A stretch of DNA of 24,000 nucleotides from Thermoactinomyces daqus (GTDB lineage Bacteria > Bacillota > Bacilli > Thermoactinomycetales > Thermoactinomycetaceae). The DNA lies in the NCBI RefSeq assembly GCF_000763315.1, contig NZ_JPST01000036.1:2277-26276 (forward strand). Reading direction: 5' to 3'. Position numbers and translations under genes: made by a program. The notes below the pieces were generated by a model, which saw only the letters and a list, made by a program, of their open reading frames with translations, had not been told where the DNA came from and searched no databases. This document shows, piece by piece, positions 1 to 8,819 of this stretch. How positions within the stretch are numbered: the stretch's first letter is position 1; each line of letters starts with the position of its first letter.

Positions 1-170
1 GCATGATCGTGTTCCTCCTCTTTTCTCTGTATCCGTTTATTGCAGCTTGGTGGTATTGCCCCCTGACCGCCCCTTATCTCATTTCCAATGGCCGGTCAGA
101 AGGGCCTCACTCCGCTTACGAGTTTGTGAAGGCTTTCATCCTCAGGTTACGCGAGTTGACGTGACCGTCG

Positions 171-1352
171 TTATTCCAGTTCATTCAAAAAGCTCCGGCC
201 GATCGGCGGTGCCTGGACGGCAAAATTGTGGGCAATGGTCGCCCCGACATCGGCGAAGGTTTCCCTCACTCCCAGGGATTTTCCGACATCAGCCAGTTTT
301 TTTCCGTAAACCAGGAGCGGTGTGTATTCCCGTGTATGGTCCGTCCCATGATGAGTGGGGTCATTTCCGTGATCAGCTGTAATAATCAGCAAATCATCTT
401 CGCGCAACGCAGCCAATATTTCCGGTAGACGCCCATCAAATTCTTCAAGTGCTGCCGCATACCCTTCCGGATCACGGCGATGTCCGTACTTGGCGTCAAA
501 ATCGACAAGATTGACAAAGGCCAGCCCGTCAAAATCTTTTTCCAACGTACGGAGCAATTGATCGACGCCATCCATATTCGATTTGGTATGTATGGCCTCG
601 GTTACACCTTCCCCTGCATAGATATCGGAAATTTTTCCGATAGCAATCACATTTTTGCCGGCGTCCTTGAGATAGTTGAGAACCGTCGGAGCCGGCGGTT
701 TTACCGAATAGTCACGCCGGTTTGCCGTCCGCGTAAAATTGCCCGGTTCCCCGACAAACGGACGGGCAATGACGCGGATCACCGAGTAGCGGTCATCCAG
801 TGTCAGCTCCCGTGCAATCTCGCAAATCCGATACAATTCATCAAGCGGAACCACTTCTTCATGTGCGGCGATTTGGAAAACGCTGTCAGCCGACGTATAG
901 ACGATAAGCGCGCCGGTTTTCATATGTTCCTCGCCCAACTCCTTGATGATTTCAGTGCCGGAAGCGGGCTTATTTCCAAGTACTTTACGGCCTGTCCGCT
1001 CTTCAAAAGTCTTGATCAGCTCTTCGGGAAATCCGTTCGGGTAAGTTTTGAAAGGTTTGTCCGTATAAATGCCCATAAATTCCCAATGGCCTGTTGTCGT
1101 ATCTTTCCCCTTTGAGATTTCAGCCATTTTGGCATAATAGGCGGCCGGCTTTTCCACCGGATTCACCCCTTGGATCGGAGCGATATTGCCAAGCCCCATT
1201 TTTGCCAGATTGGGCAGATGAAGACCTTTTTTGTAATCAGCTATATGTCCGAGCGTATTGGCCTCCTCATCGTCAAAGGCAGCTGCATCGGGCAAAGCGC
1301 CGATTCCGACACTGTCAAGAACGATCAGCGCGATTCGAGAAAAACGATTCAT
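171..1352 (-). CDS. deoB: Phosphopentomutase
   Basis: ORF 171..1457 was trimmed to the ATG at 1350-1352, which follows a GGAG RBS. The product [23 protein letters not shown]...[22 protein letters not shown] matches the phosphopentomutase pattern at ~393 aa. A further minus-strand gene starts at position 4 (GAGGAGG-N9-ATG) and leaves the window. Confidence 0.93.
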   Translation of the reverse strand: MNRFSRIALIVLDSVGIGALPDAAAFDDEEANTLGHIADYKKGLHLPNLAKMGLGNIAPIQGVNPVEKPAAYYAKMAEISKGKDTTTGHWEFMGIYTDKPFKTYPNGFPEELIKTFEERTGRKVLGNKPASGTEIIKELGEEHMKTGALIVYTSADSVFQIAAHEEVVPLDELYRICEIARELTLDDRYSVIRVIARPFVGEPGNFTRTANRRDYSVKPPAPTVLNYLKDAGKNVIAIGKISDIYAGEGVTEAIHTKSNMDGVDQLLRTLEKDFDGLAFVNLVDFDAKYGHRRDPEGYAAALEEFDGRLPEILAALREDDLLIITADHGNDPTHHGTDHTREYTPLLVYGKKLADVGKSLGVRETFADVGATIAHNFAVQAPPIGRSFLNELE

Positions 1353-1377
1353 TCCATTCACTCCTTCATACCTGCAC

Positions 1378-1422
1378 TGAAAAAAAAGAACCGACGACGC
1401 TTTTTGCTCACATCGTCTCGGC
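1378..1422 (-). terminator. Rho-independent terminator between the yqzK-like gene and deoB
   Basis: The minus strand reads CCGAGACG-atgtgagcaaaaag-CGTCGTCGG followed by TTCTTTTTTTT. It ends only ~26 nt before the deoB RBS. Confidence 0.55.
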
Positions 1423-1501
1423 CTTATCAGTGAGTTGGGAGCAAAGCTCCCTTTCATAGTTTGTCACTGATCGACAAAAAGTGCAACATTTTCCGAACGT
1501 T

Positions 1502-1744
1502 TCATTCCCCGATCCAATAAAATTCTAGCAATCGCTCTTTCACTTCCTCCAGAAAGGATGAAGGACTGCTTCTGTCGGCATAAGCAAACACTTTGACTGC
1601 CCCGCCCGCCGGTTGTTTATACATAAAATCCGGCTTGAAGAGAGGAGTCAAAAAAGAAATCAACTGGTACAACAACAAAGTGAACAGGATGAACAACAGG
1701 ATGAATTGACACCAATCTTTCAGCTTGCGAAGCGAGATTACCAT
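1502..1744 (-). CDS. Small membrane protein, YqzK/DUF4227-like
   Basis: The 80-aa ORF has one N-terminal TM helix (FILLFILFTLLLYQLISFL). The C-terminal ...FYWIGE resembles the ...FYQNGE end of B. subtilis YqzK as I recall it, and the position near fur is syntenic. Confidence 0.6.
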   Translation of the reverse strand: MVISLRKLKDWCQFILLFILFTLLLYQLISFLTPLFKPDFMYKQPAGGAVKVFAYADRSSPSSFLEEVKERLLEFYWIGE

Positions 1745-1796
1745 AAAGATCGTCCTTTCCTCATATTGGTATAACCTATGGAAAAGGACGATCTTT
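1745..1796 (-). terminator. Hairpin downstream of ald, a possible terminator
   Basis: AAAGATCGTCCTTT (1745-1758) and AAAGGACGATCTTT (1783-1796) form a 14-bp perfect inverted repeat. The 24-nt loop is large and the U-tract is short. Confidence 0.35.
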
Positions 1797-1818
1797 TATG
1801 AGAAAATCTCCGGGGCAT

Positions 1819-2949
1819 TTAAACCACTTGGCGCCCCATTATCTCATTCAGCGATACATACGGCAAGTTCAGACTCTCTGCAACGGCCTGGTATGTAACC
1901 TGCCCTTTGTACACATTGACTCCCCGGGCTAACGGGCGGTTTTCGGAAATAGCCTTTTCCAGGCCTTTGCTGGCGATTTGCACGGCATACGGAATCGTCA
2001 CATTGGTCAAGGCAAAAGTAGATGTCCGGGGAACGGCGCCCGGCATGTTCGCAACAGCGTAGTGAACGACTCCGTATTTGACATAAGTCGGATCGCTGTG
2101 AGTGGTGACATGGTCAATCGTTTCGATCGAACCGCCCTGGTCGATTGCCACATCGACGATGACTGCCCCTTCCTGCATTTCTTTCACCATCTCCTCGGTG
2201 ACCAGATGCGGGGCCCGGCGTCCGGGAATCAGTACCGCACCAATCAGCAGATCCGCCTGTTTCACCATTTCGGCAATATTATAGCGATTGGACATGAGTG
2301 TGTGCAATCGGCCGGCAAACAAATCATCCAGCTGGCGCAAACGGTCGGCATTAATGTCGAGGATGGTAACATTGGCTCCCATTCCCAAGGCGATTTTGGC
2401 AGCATTTGTTCCCACTGTTCCCCCGCCTATAATGACAACATTTCCCGGAACAACCCCCGGAACACCACCGAGAAGAACTCCACGCCCTCCTTGAGGCTTT
2501 TCCAGAAATCTGGCACCGATCTGCACCGACATCCGCCCGGCCACTTCGCTCATCGGGGTGAGCAGCGGAAGCGAACCGTTGTCCAATTGCACGGTTTCAT
2601 AGGCGATAGCGGCCACATTTTTATCCATCAGCGCCCTCGTCAGTTCCGGTTCGGGAGCGAGATGGAGATAGGTGAACAAAATCAGATCCTCACGGAAGTA
2701 TTCATACTCTTCGGGTTGCGGTTCCTTGACTTTTAAGATCATCTCCGCGTTGTTCCATGTGTCCGAAGCAGATGGTGCGATCTTGGCCCCGTGTTCTGCA
2801 AATTCCTCATCTTTGAAACCGCTTCCTTCTCCGGCGCCTTTTTCGATGATCACCTCATGACCAGCCTGTACCAGGGCATCAACGCCCCCCGGGGTGATGG
2901 CCACACGATATTCATTGTTCTTCACTTCTTTGGGCACACCAATTCTCAT
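1819..2949 (-). CDS. ald: L-alanine dehydrogenase
   Basis: The product starts [23 protein letters not shown] and carries the Rossmann motif [20 protein letters not shown] at ~376 aa. The ATG at 2949 follows GGAGGGG-N7. The track's first M is an upstream TTG. Confidence 0.93.
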   Translation of the reverse strand: MRIGVPKEVKNNEYRVAITPGGVDALVQAGHEVIIEKGAGEGSGFKDEEFAEHGAKIAPSASDTWNNAEMILKVKEPQPEEYEYFREDLILFTYLHLAPEPELTRALMDKNVAAIAYETVQLDNGSLPLLTPMSEVAGRMSVQIGARFLEKPQGGRGVLLGGVPGVVPGNVVIIGGGTVGTNAAKIALGMGANVTILDINADRLRQLDDLFAGRLHTLMSNRYNIAEMVKQADLLIGAVLIPGRRAPHLVTEEMVKEMQEGAVIVDVAIDQGGSIETIDHVTTHSDPTYVKYGVVHYAVANMPGAVPRTSTFALTNVTIPYAVQIASKGLEKAISENRPLARGVNVYKGQVTYQAVAESLNLPYVSLNEIMGRQVV

Positions 2950-3010
2950 CAAACTTCCCCTCCTTCTGTTGCTGAATTATTTATTTCTAGGATGCAACAG
3001 CTCACCTTTT

Positions 3011-3050
3011 TTAAACAAAAACGTGAGATCTTTTTTTCCAAGATCTCACG
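3011..3050 (-). terminator. Rho-independent terminator of fur
   Basis: The minus strand reads CGTGAGATCT-loop-AGATCTCACG followed by TTTTTGTTT. The stem includes the fur stop codon. Confidence 0.7.
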
Positions 3051-3525
3051 TTACCTTTGAACCAACAAGCTTTTTTGGATCGGAAACCTTCCCTTTACAA
3101 CGATGACAAATTCCGTGAAATGTTAACCGGTGATCAATGATCTGAAAATCATATTCTTTTTCAACCTGTACTTCAATCGGTTCCAACAAGTCTTCCATGA
3201 TTTCATCAACTGACCCGCAATTGAGACAGATGAGGTGATGGTGATGGTGTTCCGCCCCTTCCGCCCGAAATTCATAGCGGGTTACGCCATCGCCAAAGTT
3301 CAGTTTATGAATGATTTGCAATTCACTGAGGAGCTCCAACGTCCTGTAAACCGTCGCTAATCCGATTTCCGGTGCTTTTTCTTTAACCAACAGGTAAACA
3401 TCCTCCGCGCTTAAATGATCCTCCTCATTTTCCAGAAGGACGCGGACAGTCGCTTCCCGTTGGGGGGTTAATTTATAATTATGGGCGGATAATTGTTGTT
3501 TAATTTGATTTACCCGTTTTTCCAC
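3046..3525 (-). CDS. fur: Ferric uptake regulator (Fur family)
   Basis: YKLTPQREATVRVLLENEEDHLSAEDVYLLVKEKAPEIGLATVYRTLELL is nearly identical to B. subtilis Fur as I recall it. The metal sites HHHHHLIC..C and HGICHRC are present. The start is placed at GTG 3525 (AGGGGGG RBS) because a TATAAT box overlaps the upstream ATG. Confidence 0.9.
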   Translation of the reverse strand: MEKRVNQIKQQLSAHNYKLTPQREATVRVLLENEEDHLSAEDVYLLVKEKAPEIGLATVYRTLELLSELQIIHKLNFGDGVTRYEFRAEGAEHHHHHLICLNCGSVDEIMEDLLEPIEVQVEKEYDFQIIDHRLTFHGICHRCKGKVSDPKKLVGSKVT

Positions 3526-3553
3526 AGAGACACCCCCCTGCCTATCTGACTCC

Positions 3554-3583
3554 ATTATATTGGAGAGCAACAAGGGAAGTCAA
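3554..3583 (-). promoter_or_regulatory. SigA-type promoter for fur
   Basis: The minus strand reads TTGACT-N18-TATAAT. Confidence 0.45.
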
Positions 3584-3605
3584 ACCAATCAAGAAAAAAT
3601 ATCAG

Positions 3606-3620
3606 ATGAGAATCATTTTA
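3606..3620. promoter_or_regulatory. Fur-family (PerR/Fur-like) box upstream of the fur promoter
   Basis: atGAGAATCATTTTAA resembles the 7-1-7 boxes TTATAATnATTATAA and TGATAATnATTATCA, matching about 12 of 15 positions. Confidence 0.3.
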
Positions 3621-3644
3621 AAAACAATCCATTTCAGTATTTAG

Positions 3645-4286
3645 TTAGTTAAGTGTAGGGATTAATTCTTTCATGATCTGCGGCGAAAGAAATGCTTCAA
3701 ATAGCGAAGAAATCATCAGAACCGCTGCCATTCCGGTCACCAGAATGCAAAAGGAAACAAATTGCGGATAGATCCGGCCGCGATGGTGAATCAGGCGATT
3801 GCGCACCAAATCTTTCGAAAAGTTGATCCCGGCGACGGTTACGATGATCAATGCCGGAATAATCAGCAGATTTTGCGGCACGACGGAGACAAAGGCAAAC
3901 CACAATCCCTGCCAGGACAGTTGATTTACCAAAAAACCGACGGTAAAGCCGATCACCAGTCCCTTGATGAAGATAAAAATCAACAAAAGCGGAATCCCGA
4001 TTACCGAGAGGCCCAAAATCCACATCAATCCGATTGTTTTCAGATGATCACCCGCCGAATGTTGCAAAGCGATGGAGGAATCGGCAATCGAATCCTGTTT
4101 CAGGCCCTGAAAAAAATACCCCAGATAATGAATCAAGCCTTCTTTTTGAGTTGGGTCAAGGGCATTGACAATCAGGGAACCGAAAATGACTCCCATCATA
4201 AACAAAACAGTGACAAACAGATAGAGCGATTTTTGCTGTTTAACATGAAGCCCGATGGTAGACCCGAGTTGATTTTTCCTCTTCAT
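3645..4286 (-). CDS. spoIIM: Stage II sporulation protein M
   Basis: The 213-aa polytopic membrane protein has an AGGAGG-N8-ATG start. Its size, topology and position next to fur match Bacillus spoIIM. Confidence 0.85.
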   Translation of the reverse strand: MKRKNQLGSTIGLHVKQQKSLYLFVTVLFMMGVIFGSLIVNALDPTQKEGLIHYLGYFFQGLKQDSIADSSIALQHSAGDHLKTIGLMWILGLSVIGIPLLLIFIFIKGLVIGFTVGFLVNQLSWQGLWFAFVSVVPQNLLIIPALIIVTVAGINFSKDLVRNRLIHHRGRIYPQFVSFCILVTGMAAVLMISSLFEAFLSPQIMKELIPTLN

Positions 4287-4314
4287 TTCGCGATCCTCCT
4301 TATCCTGTCACTCT

Positions 4315-4343
4315 ACTCTATGACAGCACAAGGAGAAATATAC
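4315..4343 (-). promoter_or_regulatory. Candidate SigE-type promoter for spoIIM
   Basis: The minus strand reads GTATATT-N14-CATAGAGT, against the sigE consensus ATATT / CATACAnT. spoIIM is sigE-dependent in B. subtilis. Confidence 0.4.
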
Positions 4344-4361
4344 AGCCCGGCATTCCTAGAT

Positions 4362-4853
4362 TTACAGATTCTTGCCGAAACGGGTTTTCGCCGGCTGATT
4401 TTCTTTTTTGGCTTCATTTTCGGAAACTTCCGCGACTCCTCCCTCTCCCAGCCAGCTGTCAATCACCCAGCCATCTTTGGAAACGATCTTTTCCGCCTTG
4501 GTTTCATCGGCCCGAATTGTCAATTTGCGCGCTTTTAATCCCAATATGCCGCGGGCGGGACCAATCCAAAAAAGGATAGCCAATCCCAAAATGATAATGG
4601 AGATGATCAGGTTACGCAAATTCCGCAAGTCTGAAAAGTTGAGAATTTGATAAATAAAAAATCCGATCAAGGAAAAATAGCAAACAAAAAATAAAACCCA
4701 ACAGCTTTTATAAATCAAAAGAAAAGAAGCGATTCGCCGACGCCGCAGCATAAAAATGGCAAACTTGCAGAGGATGATCAGGCCGATACTAACCAGCACC
4801 GCGATCAATAGCCACTCGAGCACAAATTCCTGAGAGGAAAAAGGGAAGATCAT
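4362..4853 (-). CDS. Hypothetical membrane protein (3-4 TM, charged C-terminal tail)
   Basis: ORF 4362..4871. The start is placed at the ATG at 4853 behind GGAGTG-N5. No family was recognised. Confidence 0.6.
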   Translation of the reverse strand: MIFPFSSQEFVLEWLLIAVLVSIGLIILCKFAIFMLRRRRIASFLLIYKSCWVLFFVCYFSLIGFFIYQILNFSDLRNLRNLIISIIILGLAILFWIGPARGILGLKARKLTIRADETKAEKIVSKDGWVIDSWLGEGGVAEVSENEAKKENQPAKTRFGKNL

Positions 4854-5217
4854 GAAATCACTCCATTGCAAAAGTAAACTCCAACTCCGATGTGATCATG
4901 GTATTTTCGCTGCCTTTTTCTTGCATAGGCAGAATTCTGCTACTCTTATCATATCAAAATAAGCGGATCAATTTCGATTTATGTTTATCTATTTTCATCA
5001 TGCTGGCAATTCCATGGTCTTGTGACAAAACGGCCCGCCAGCAAAAGACAATGAATCTGTAGTCAGCTTGTGTTGACAAAACACAGGAATCCGTCATGCC
5101 CTGGTTCTTCTCAAAATTATTAAAAGAATAGATCCATTATCCTGTTTTATTTCGATTCTCGTTATTTTTGATATACTAATATAAGATTTTCAGCTTGATA
5201 TAACAGAGGTGTACCCA

Positions 5218-6111
5218 TTGGCAAAAGAACGATTTCGAACAATTGGTTTCATCGCATTTCTTGTCATCGTATGGGGCCTGTGCTGGCCTATTTATAAAAT
5301 GACCTTACAATATACCCCGCCGATTCTTTTTGCCGGAATGAGGACCCTTTTGGGCGGGATCGGTCTCTCCATCCTGGCTCTGTCCCGATACCGGCAAATT
5401 CAATTCCGCACCCATTGGAAAGTCTACCTGGTGTCCGCTCTGTTCAACGCGGTTCTTTTCTATGGAATCCAAACCGTCGGGTTAAAGTATTTACCCTCGG
5501 GCCTGTTTTCGGTCATTGTCTATCTGCAACCGGTGCTGGTCGGATTTCTCGCATGGTATTGGCTTCGCGAATCGCTTAACCTGTTCAAGGTAACCGGTTT
5601 GATTTTAGGCGTGATCGGAGTGGGGGTCGTAAGCTGGGACGGGATGGCCGGTCATTTGTCGGCAACCGGAATCATTCTGGCGTTGATCACTGCTATCAGC
5701 TGGGCGATCGGCACTGTATATATGAAAAAAGAAGGAACAAATGTGGACACCCTCTGGCTGGTCTCCCTCCAATGCGTCATCGGCGGCGCTGTCATGACAG
5801 TTGCCGGTCTGGCCGTTGAAGATGCAGGGCAAATTGTATGGAACCTGCCTTATGTCTCGGGGCTGTTATTTGGCGCTTTCCTCGGAATCGCGGCTGCCTG
5901 GGTTGTTTACTTCAAACTGGTGAGAACCGGAGAAGCCAGCCGCATTGCTTCCTATACTTTTTTCGTCCCTCTCCTCTCCGTCTGGTTTGGCGCCATCTTC
6001 CTGAAGGAGCCGCTGTCGTTCCATTTGGCGCTGGGCCTTCTCTTTATCATTTTGAGCATTCTCCTGGTAAACCGCAAAGAAAAAAGGAAAAAACCGCTTC
6101 CTTCCGCCTAG
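5218..6111 (+). CDS. EamA/DMT-family transporter
   Basis: The ~297-aa product has ten predicted TM segments in two EamA-like halves. The start is TTG 5218 after AGAGGTG, with GTG 5209 as an alternative. Confidence 0.85.
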   Translation: MAKERFRTIGFIAFLVIVWGLCWPIYKMTLQYTPPILFAGMRTLLGGIGLSILALSRYRQIQFRTHWKVYLVSALFNAVLFYGIQTVGLKYLPSGLFSVIVYLQPVLVGFLAWYWLRESLNLFKVTGLILGVIGVGVVSWDGMAGHLSATGIILALITAISWAIGTVYMKKEGTNVDTLWLVSLQCVIGGAVMTVAGLAVEDAGQIVWNLPYVSGLLFGAFLGIAAAWVVYFKLVRTGEASRIASYTFFVPLLSVWFGAIFLKEPLSFHLALGLLFIILSILLVNRKEKRKKPLPSA

Positions 6112-6118
6112 CCTTCAG

Positions 6119-6160
6119 GGGATAATCCTTAAGCCGTTTGAAAAGGGATTATCCCTTTTC
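6119..6160 (+). terminator. Rho-independent terminator after the EamA gene
   Basis: GGGATAATCC, a 17-nt loop and GGATTATCCC are followed by TTTTC. Confidence 0.6.
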
Positions 6161-6360
6161 ATTCTCTGTCCATTGCCAAGCTTTTCCCAACACCAGCCCA
6201 TATGCCCTTTCCGCCGCGCATGCCAACCCTCCGCAAGCACAATTGTCCACATTATTCCACATCTTTTACCGCTTAAGGGGAAGCCTTTTTTTCGTTTGCC
6301 AGATGAATAATTTCTCTGAAAAAAACGACATTATATAGATGAAAAAGGAGGGATTCCCTG

Positions 6361-6732
6361 TTGGAGCAAAAATATCTTTTCGGTTACTTCCGAACCATGG
6401 AAGCGGCCAAACAAGCTGCACAGGCTTTGAAAGAAAATGGCTTCGAGGCTTATATCGACCGTTTTTCCCCTCTTGGCGGAGGAAATTTGCATGATCGGGA
6501 CGATGATTTGAAAAATCCCTTTACTGACCCGACCATGTCGCTGCAGGCGAGCACGCTGGGCGGTGACCGCTCGGACCGGGATATTTTAAAAGCTGTCCAT
6601 CCCGATGCCAGCGGCCTGTCCGGCGGGCAACCCTTTGATTCAATGGAAGATGTTTGCGTCACCGTTTTTACGGAGCCGGAACGATCGGCGCAAGCGCAAC
6701 AAATCCTGGAACAGTTTGGCGCCCGTGACTAA
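6361..6732 (+). CDS. Hypothetical small acidic protein
   Basis: The 123-aa ORF starts at TTG behind AAAAGGAGGG. The N-terminus FGYFRTMEAAKQAAQALKENGFEAYIDR loosely resembles YflT/general-stress-type domains. No firm family was assigned. Confidence 0.6.
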   Translation: MEQKYLFGYFRTMEAAKQAAQALKENGFEAYIDRFSPLGGGNLHDRDDDLKNPFTDPTMSLQASTLGGDRSDRDILKAVHPDASGLSGGQPFDSMEDVCVTVFTEPERSAQAQQILEQFGARD

Positions 6733-6739
6733 CAGAAAA

Positions 6740-6772
6740 GGACCTTGGCACAAAGCCAGGCCCTTTTTCTTT
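6740..6772. terminator. Shared hairpin terminator between convergent genes
   Basis: GGACCTTGGC-acaaa-GCCAGGCCC is flanked by an A-run and TTTTTCTTT. The stem is imperfect. Confidence 0.5.
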
Positions 6773-6775
6773 CAT

Positions 6776-7951
6776 CTAGGTGATTTTCACTTTTCCGTAT
6801 TTCCCGCCGCCGCCTTCTTCCAGCTCGAGCCTCTGCTCCCTGGCCAACCGGATCTGCCAGGCAATTTTCTCTCCGGCGACTGCGGCGATTTCCTCCATCC
6901 CGGCATGATGCAACACATTCATTTCCGTACCAAATACCGCCAACAATTTCTCCAGGGTTCGTTTGCCGAGTCCCGGGATAAATTCGAGAGGAACCTGATA
7001 AATATAAGGAGGGCGGTGATCAGGATGGACGCTTTCCTGGTCGGCGATTTCCATGATTCGGTCCCGTACGCCTCGTACCTTTTTCGCACTTCCGCATTCC
7101 GGGCACCGGTCTGCTTCCGGATAAGCCGGCCACAGTTCCTCACAATTGAGACAACGGGTTCGGTAATATTTCCCCAGTCTCGGATCCAATCCGTAGTTGG
7201 CGCACACTTTTCGCCCTTCTCTTCTTGACAGTGCCAGCTTCAATTCGGCAAAACTCGGTTCCTTGATCAGAAATTCGTTATACTCCCGCCCGATTTTCGG
7301 CAATGAATGAGCGTCGGAATTGGTCACAAAAGTTAACGGGGAAAGTTCGGACAACTGATCGGCCAGGCTGGAATCCGAGCTGAGTCCGAGCTCCACTCCC
7401 GCGACAAGATCAGGATTGAGCAGCTTGCTCATGCGGTCAGTCGCGTTGCCGTACACGCTTTTGAACGGGGTAAAAACATGAGCGGGAACGATGATCCCGT
7501 CAAGTTCATACACCTTTTCCTGCAAAGCTTGGGCAGGCCTGTACAGTCGCTGGGTGCTCAACTGGACATTTTTCATGTAGTTGCGGCACCACTTCGTAAA
7601 CTCACGCATGTGAGCCAGCGTCGGCAAGTAAGCGAGAATGTGTGCTGCACCCATGCCCGGATCTTTAACCTCAATCTCCGCCCCAAGGATACAGATCGTG
7701 TTATGGTACAAAATCCCTCCGTCAGGATGTTCCTTGTACAAACCGGAGGAAAGACCGGCTTCAATATCTTCCTGCACCGGCGGTGACTGGGCATCAATCA
7801 CTCCGATCATGCGGATTCCTTTGCGGTGTTCCGCTTCCTTCACGATACTTTCAAATGTCAGATTTCGCGCCGCTGTGATTTTGACGGGAAGATTGCGGCT
7901 GGTCCGTCCGATGTGAATATGCAGATCAGCAAAAAAAGGTGTTAAACTCAT
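6776..7951 (-). CDS. Endonuclease Q-like PHP-domain protein (TIGR00375-type)
   Basis: The N-terminus FFADLHIHIGRT is a PHP metal motif. A zinc finger CLNCEE...CPECGS and a C-terminal helix-hairpin-helix-like segment (IPGLGKRTLEKLL) are present. It sits next to nudF, as the yqxK homologue does in Bacillus. Confidence 0.8.
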   Translation of the reverse strand: MSLTPFFADLHIHIGRTSRNLPVKITAARNLTFESIVKEAEHRKGIRMIGVIDAQSPPVQEDIEAGLSSGLYKEHPDGGILYHNTICILGAEIEVKDPGMGAAHILAYLPTLAHMREFTKWCRNYMKNVQLSTQRLYRPAQALQEKVYELDGIIVPAHVFTPFKSVYGNATDRMSKLLNPDLVAGVELGLSSDSSLADQLSELSPLTFVTNSDAHSLPKIGREYNEFLIKEPSFAELKLALSRREGRKVCANYGLDPRLGKYYRTRCLNCEELWPAYPEADRCPECGSAKKVRGVRDRIMEIADQESVHPDHRPPYIYQVPLEFIPGLGKRTLEKLLAVFGTEMNVLHHAGMEEIAAVAGEKIAWQIRLAREQRLELEEGGGGKYGKVKIT

Positions 7952-8496
7952 TTTTCAGTCAGCACCCGATTTTGCCACAGATAAACGGCGGCCACCGTTT
8001 TGGCATCGCAAATCTCTCCTGATCTGATCCGTTCAAAACACTCCACCAGCGACAGCTCCATTCTCTCCACAAATTCGTCCTGATCCAGATTCACCCTGCC
8101 GGCAGCCAGATTTCTCGCCTCGTACAGGTGCAAATATTCATCGGCAAAACCCGGGGAAGTATAAAAAGAAACAACGTGTTTTACCTCGCCCGCTTTGTAT
8201 CCCGTTTCTTCCTCCAATTCCCGCTTGGCACAATCCAGCGGATCCTCCCCCGGCTCCAGCTTTCCGGCCGGAATCTCCAAAATCGTCTTCTCCAGCGGTT
8301 TTCTGAACTGACGGACAAACACCATTTTGTTTTCATCCGTTACTGCCATTACCGCGACAGCCCCGGGATGTTTCACGATTTCGCGCTTGGAGGTATTGCC
8401 GTTTGGCAACCGTACCTCGTCCACTTGCAGACGGATGACCTTTCCCTCAAACACCGTCCGGCTCGAAATGGTCTTTTCTTCCAAATCCCGTTTCAT
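7948..8496 (-). CDS. nudF: ADP-ribose pyrophosphatase (Nudix)
   Basis: The Nudix box GKLEPGEDPLDCAKRELEEETGY is present. The start is the ATG at 8496 after CAGGAGTG-N6. Its stop overlaps the next gene's start as ATGA. Confidence 0.88.
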   Translation of the reverse strand: MKRDLEEKTISSRTVFEGKVIRLQVDEVRLPNGNTSKREIVKHPGAVAVMAVTDENKMVFVRQFRKPLEKTILEIPAGKLEPGEDPLDCAKRELEEETGYKAGEVKHVVSFYTSPGFADEYLHLYEARNLAAGRVNLDQDEFVERMELSLVECFERIRSGEICDAKTVAAVYLWQNRVLTEK

Positions 8497-8524
8497 CACA
8501 GTCACTCCTGTTCACATCCTCTTC

Positions 8525-8532
8525 ATTATACA
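8525..8532 (-). promoter_or_regulatory. Extended -10 element upstream of nudF
   Basis: The minus strand reads TGTATAAT. No good -35 was found. Confidence 0.3.
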
Positions 8533-8594
8533 TATCTTGCGGGCAGAATGCGTATCAGAAAGATAATCCTCAAAATGGAAGCGAGTGAAAAAAC

Positions 8595-8747
8595 ATGAAA
8601 AAAAGATGGGACGAACGTTCTGTCTGGATCAGCGGAAAAGCATGGCAAATCCGTCTTTATCTTCACCATCTGGCCCAAAGCAACCTCACCGTCAAACAAT
8701 ATATCCGAAAGCGATCAGCCGTTTTCCACTATAATAGAAACAGATAA
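8595..8747 (+). CDS. Possible 50-aa basic mini-protein
   Basis: The ORF ATG...TAA encodes MKKRWDERSVWISGKAWQIRLYLHHLAQSNLTVKQYIRKRSAVFHYNRNR. It is below the track cutoff, has a weak RBS and no recognised family. Confidence 0.25.
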   Translation: MKKRWDERSVWISGKAWQIRLYLHHLAQSNLTVKQYIRKRSAVFHYNRNR

Positions 8748-8819
8748 AATTGACGAGCAGGGCACAGTTCTGACCATGCGGCTGCAAAAATCAGACAGAG
8801 AACAGGGAGATGATCCTTC

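Noticed and set aside
480-1115. Long antisense ORFs inside well-supported genes: 47..382, 480..1115, 1978..2736, 3762..4538, 8128..8598, 11846..12421, 11983..12477, 13685..14425, 14435..15283, 15302..15670, 16889..17371, 18485..18856.
   Set aside because: They lie opposite strongly recognisable genes and lack RBSs. Their compositions are low-complexity or Arg/Ser/Pro-rich, as is typical of shadow ORFs in GC-rich coding DNA.
3235-3252. A run of five consecutive His codons in fur (AEHHHHHLIC).
   Set aside because: It looks like an engineered tag. However, it sits at the natural HxHHH metal-binding site of Fur (HFHHHLIC in B. subtilis as I recall), and the codons alternate cac/cat in native context.
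6138-6338. A 66-aa + strand ORF in the gap after the EamA gene.
   Set aside because: It has a TTG start without an RBS and begins inside the terminator hairpin. The composition is not protein-like. A weak GCTT/AAGC hairpin plus T-run at ~6274-6296 was also judged too weak to call.
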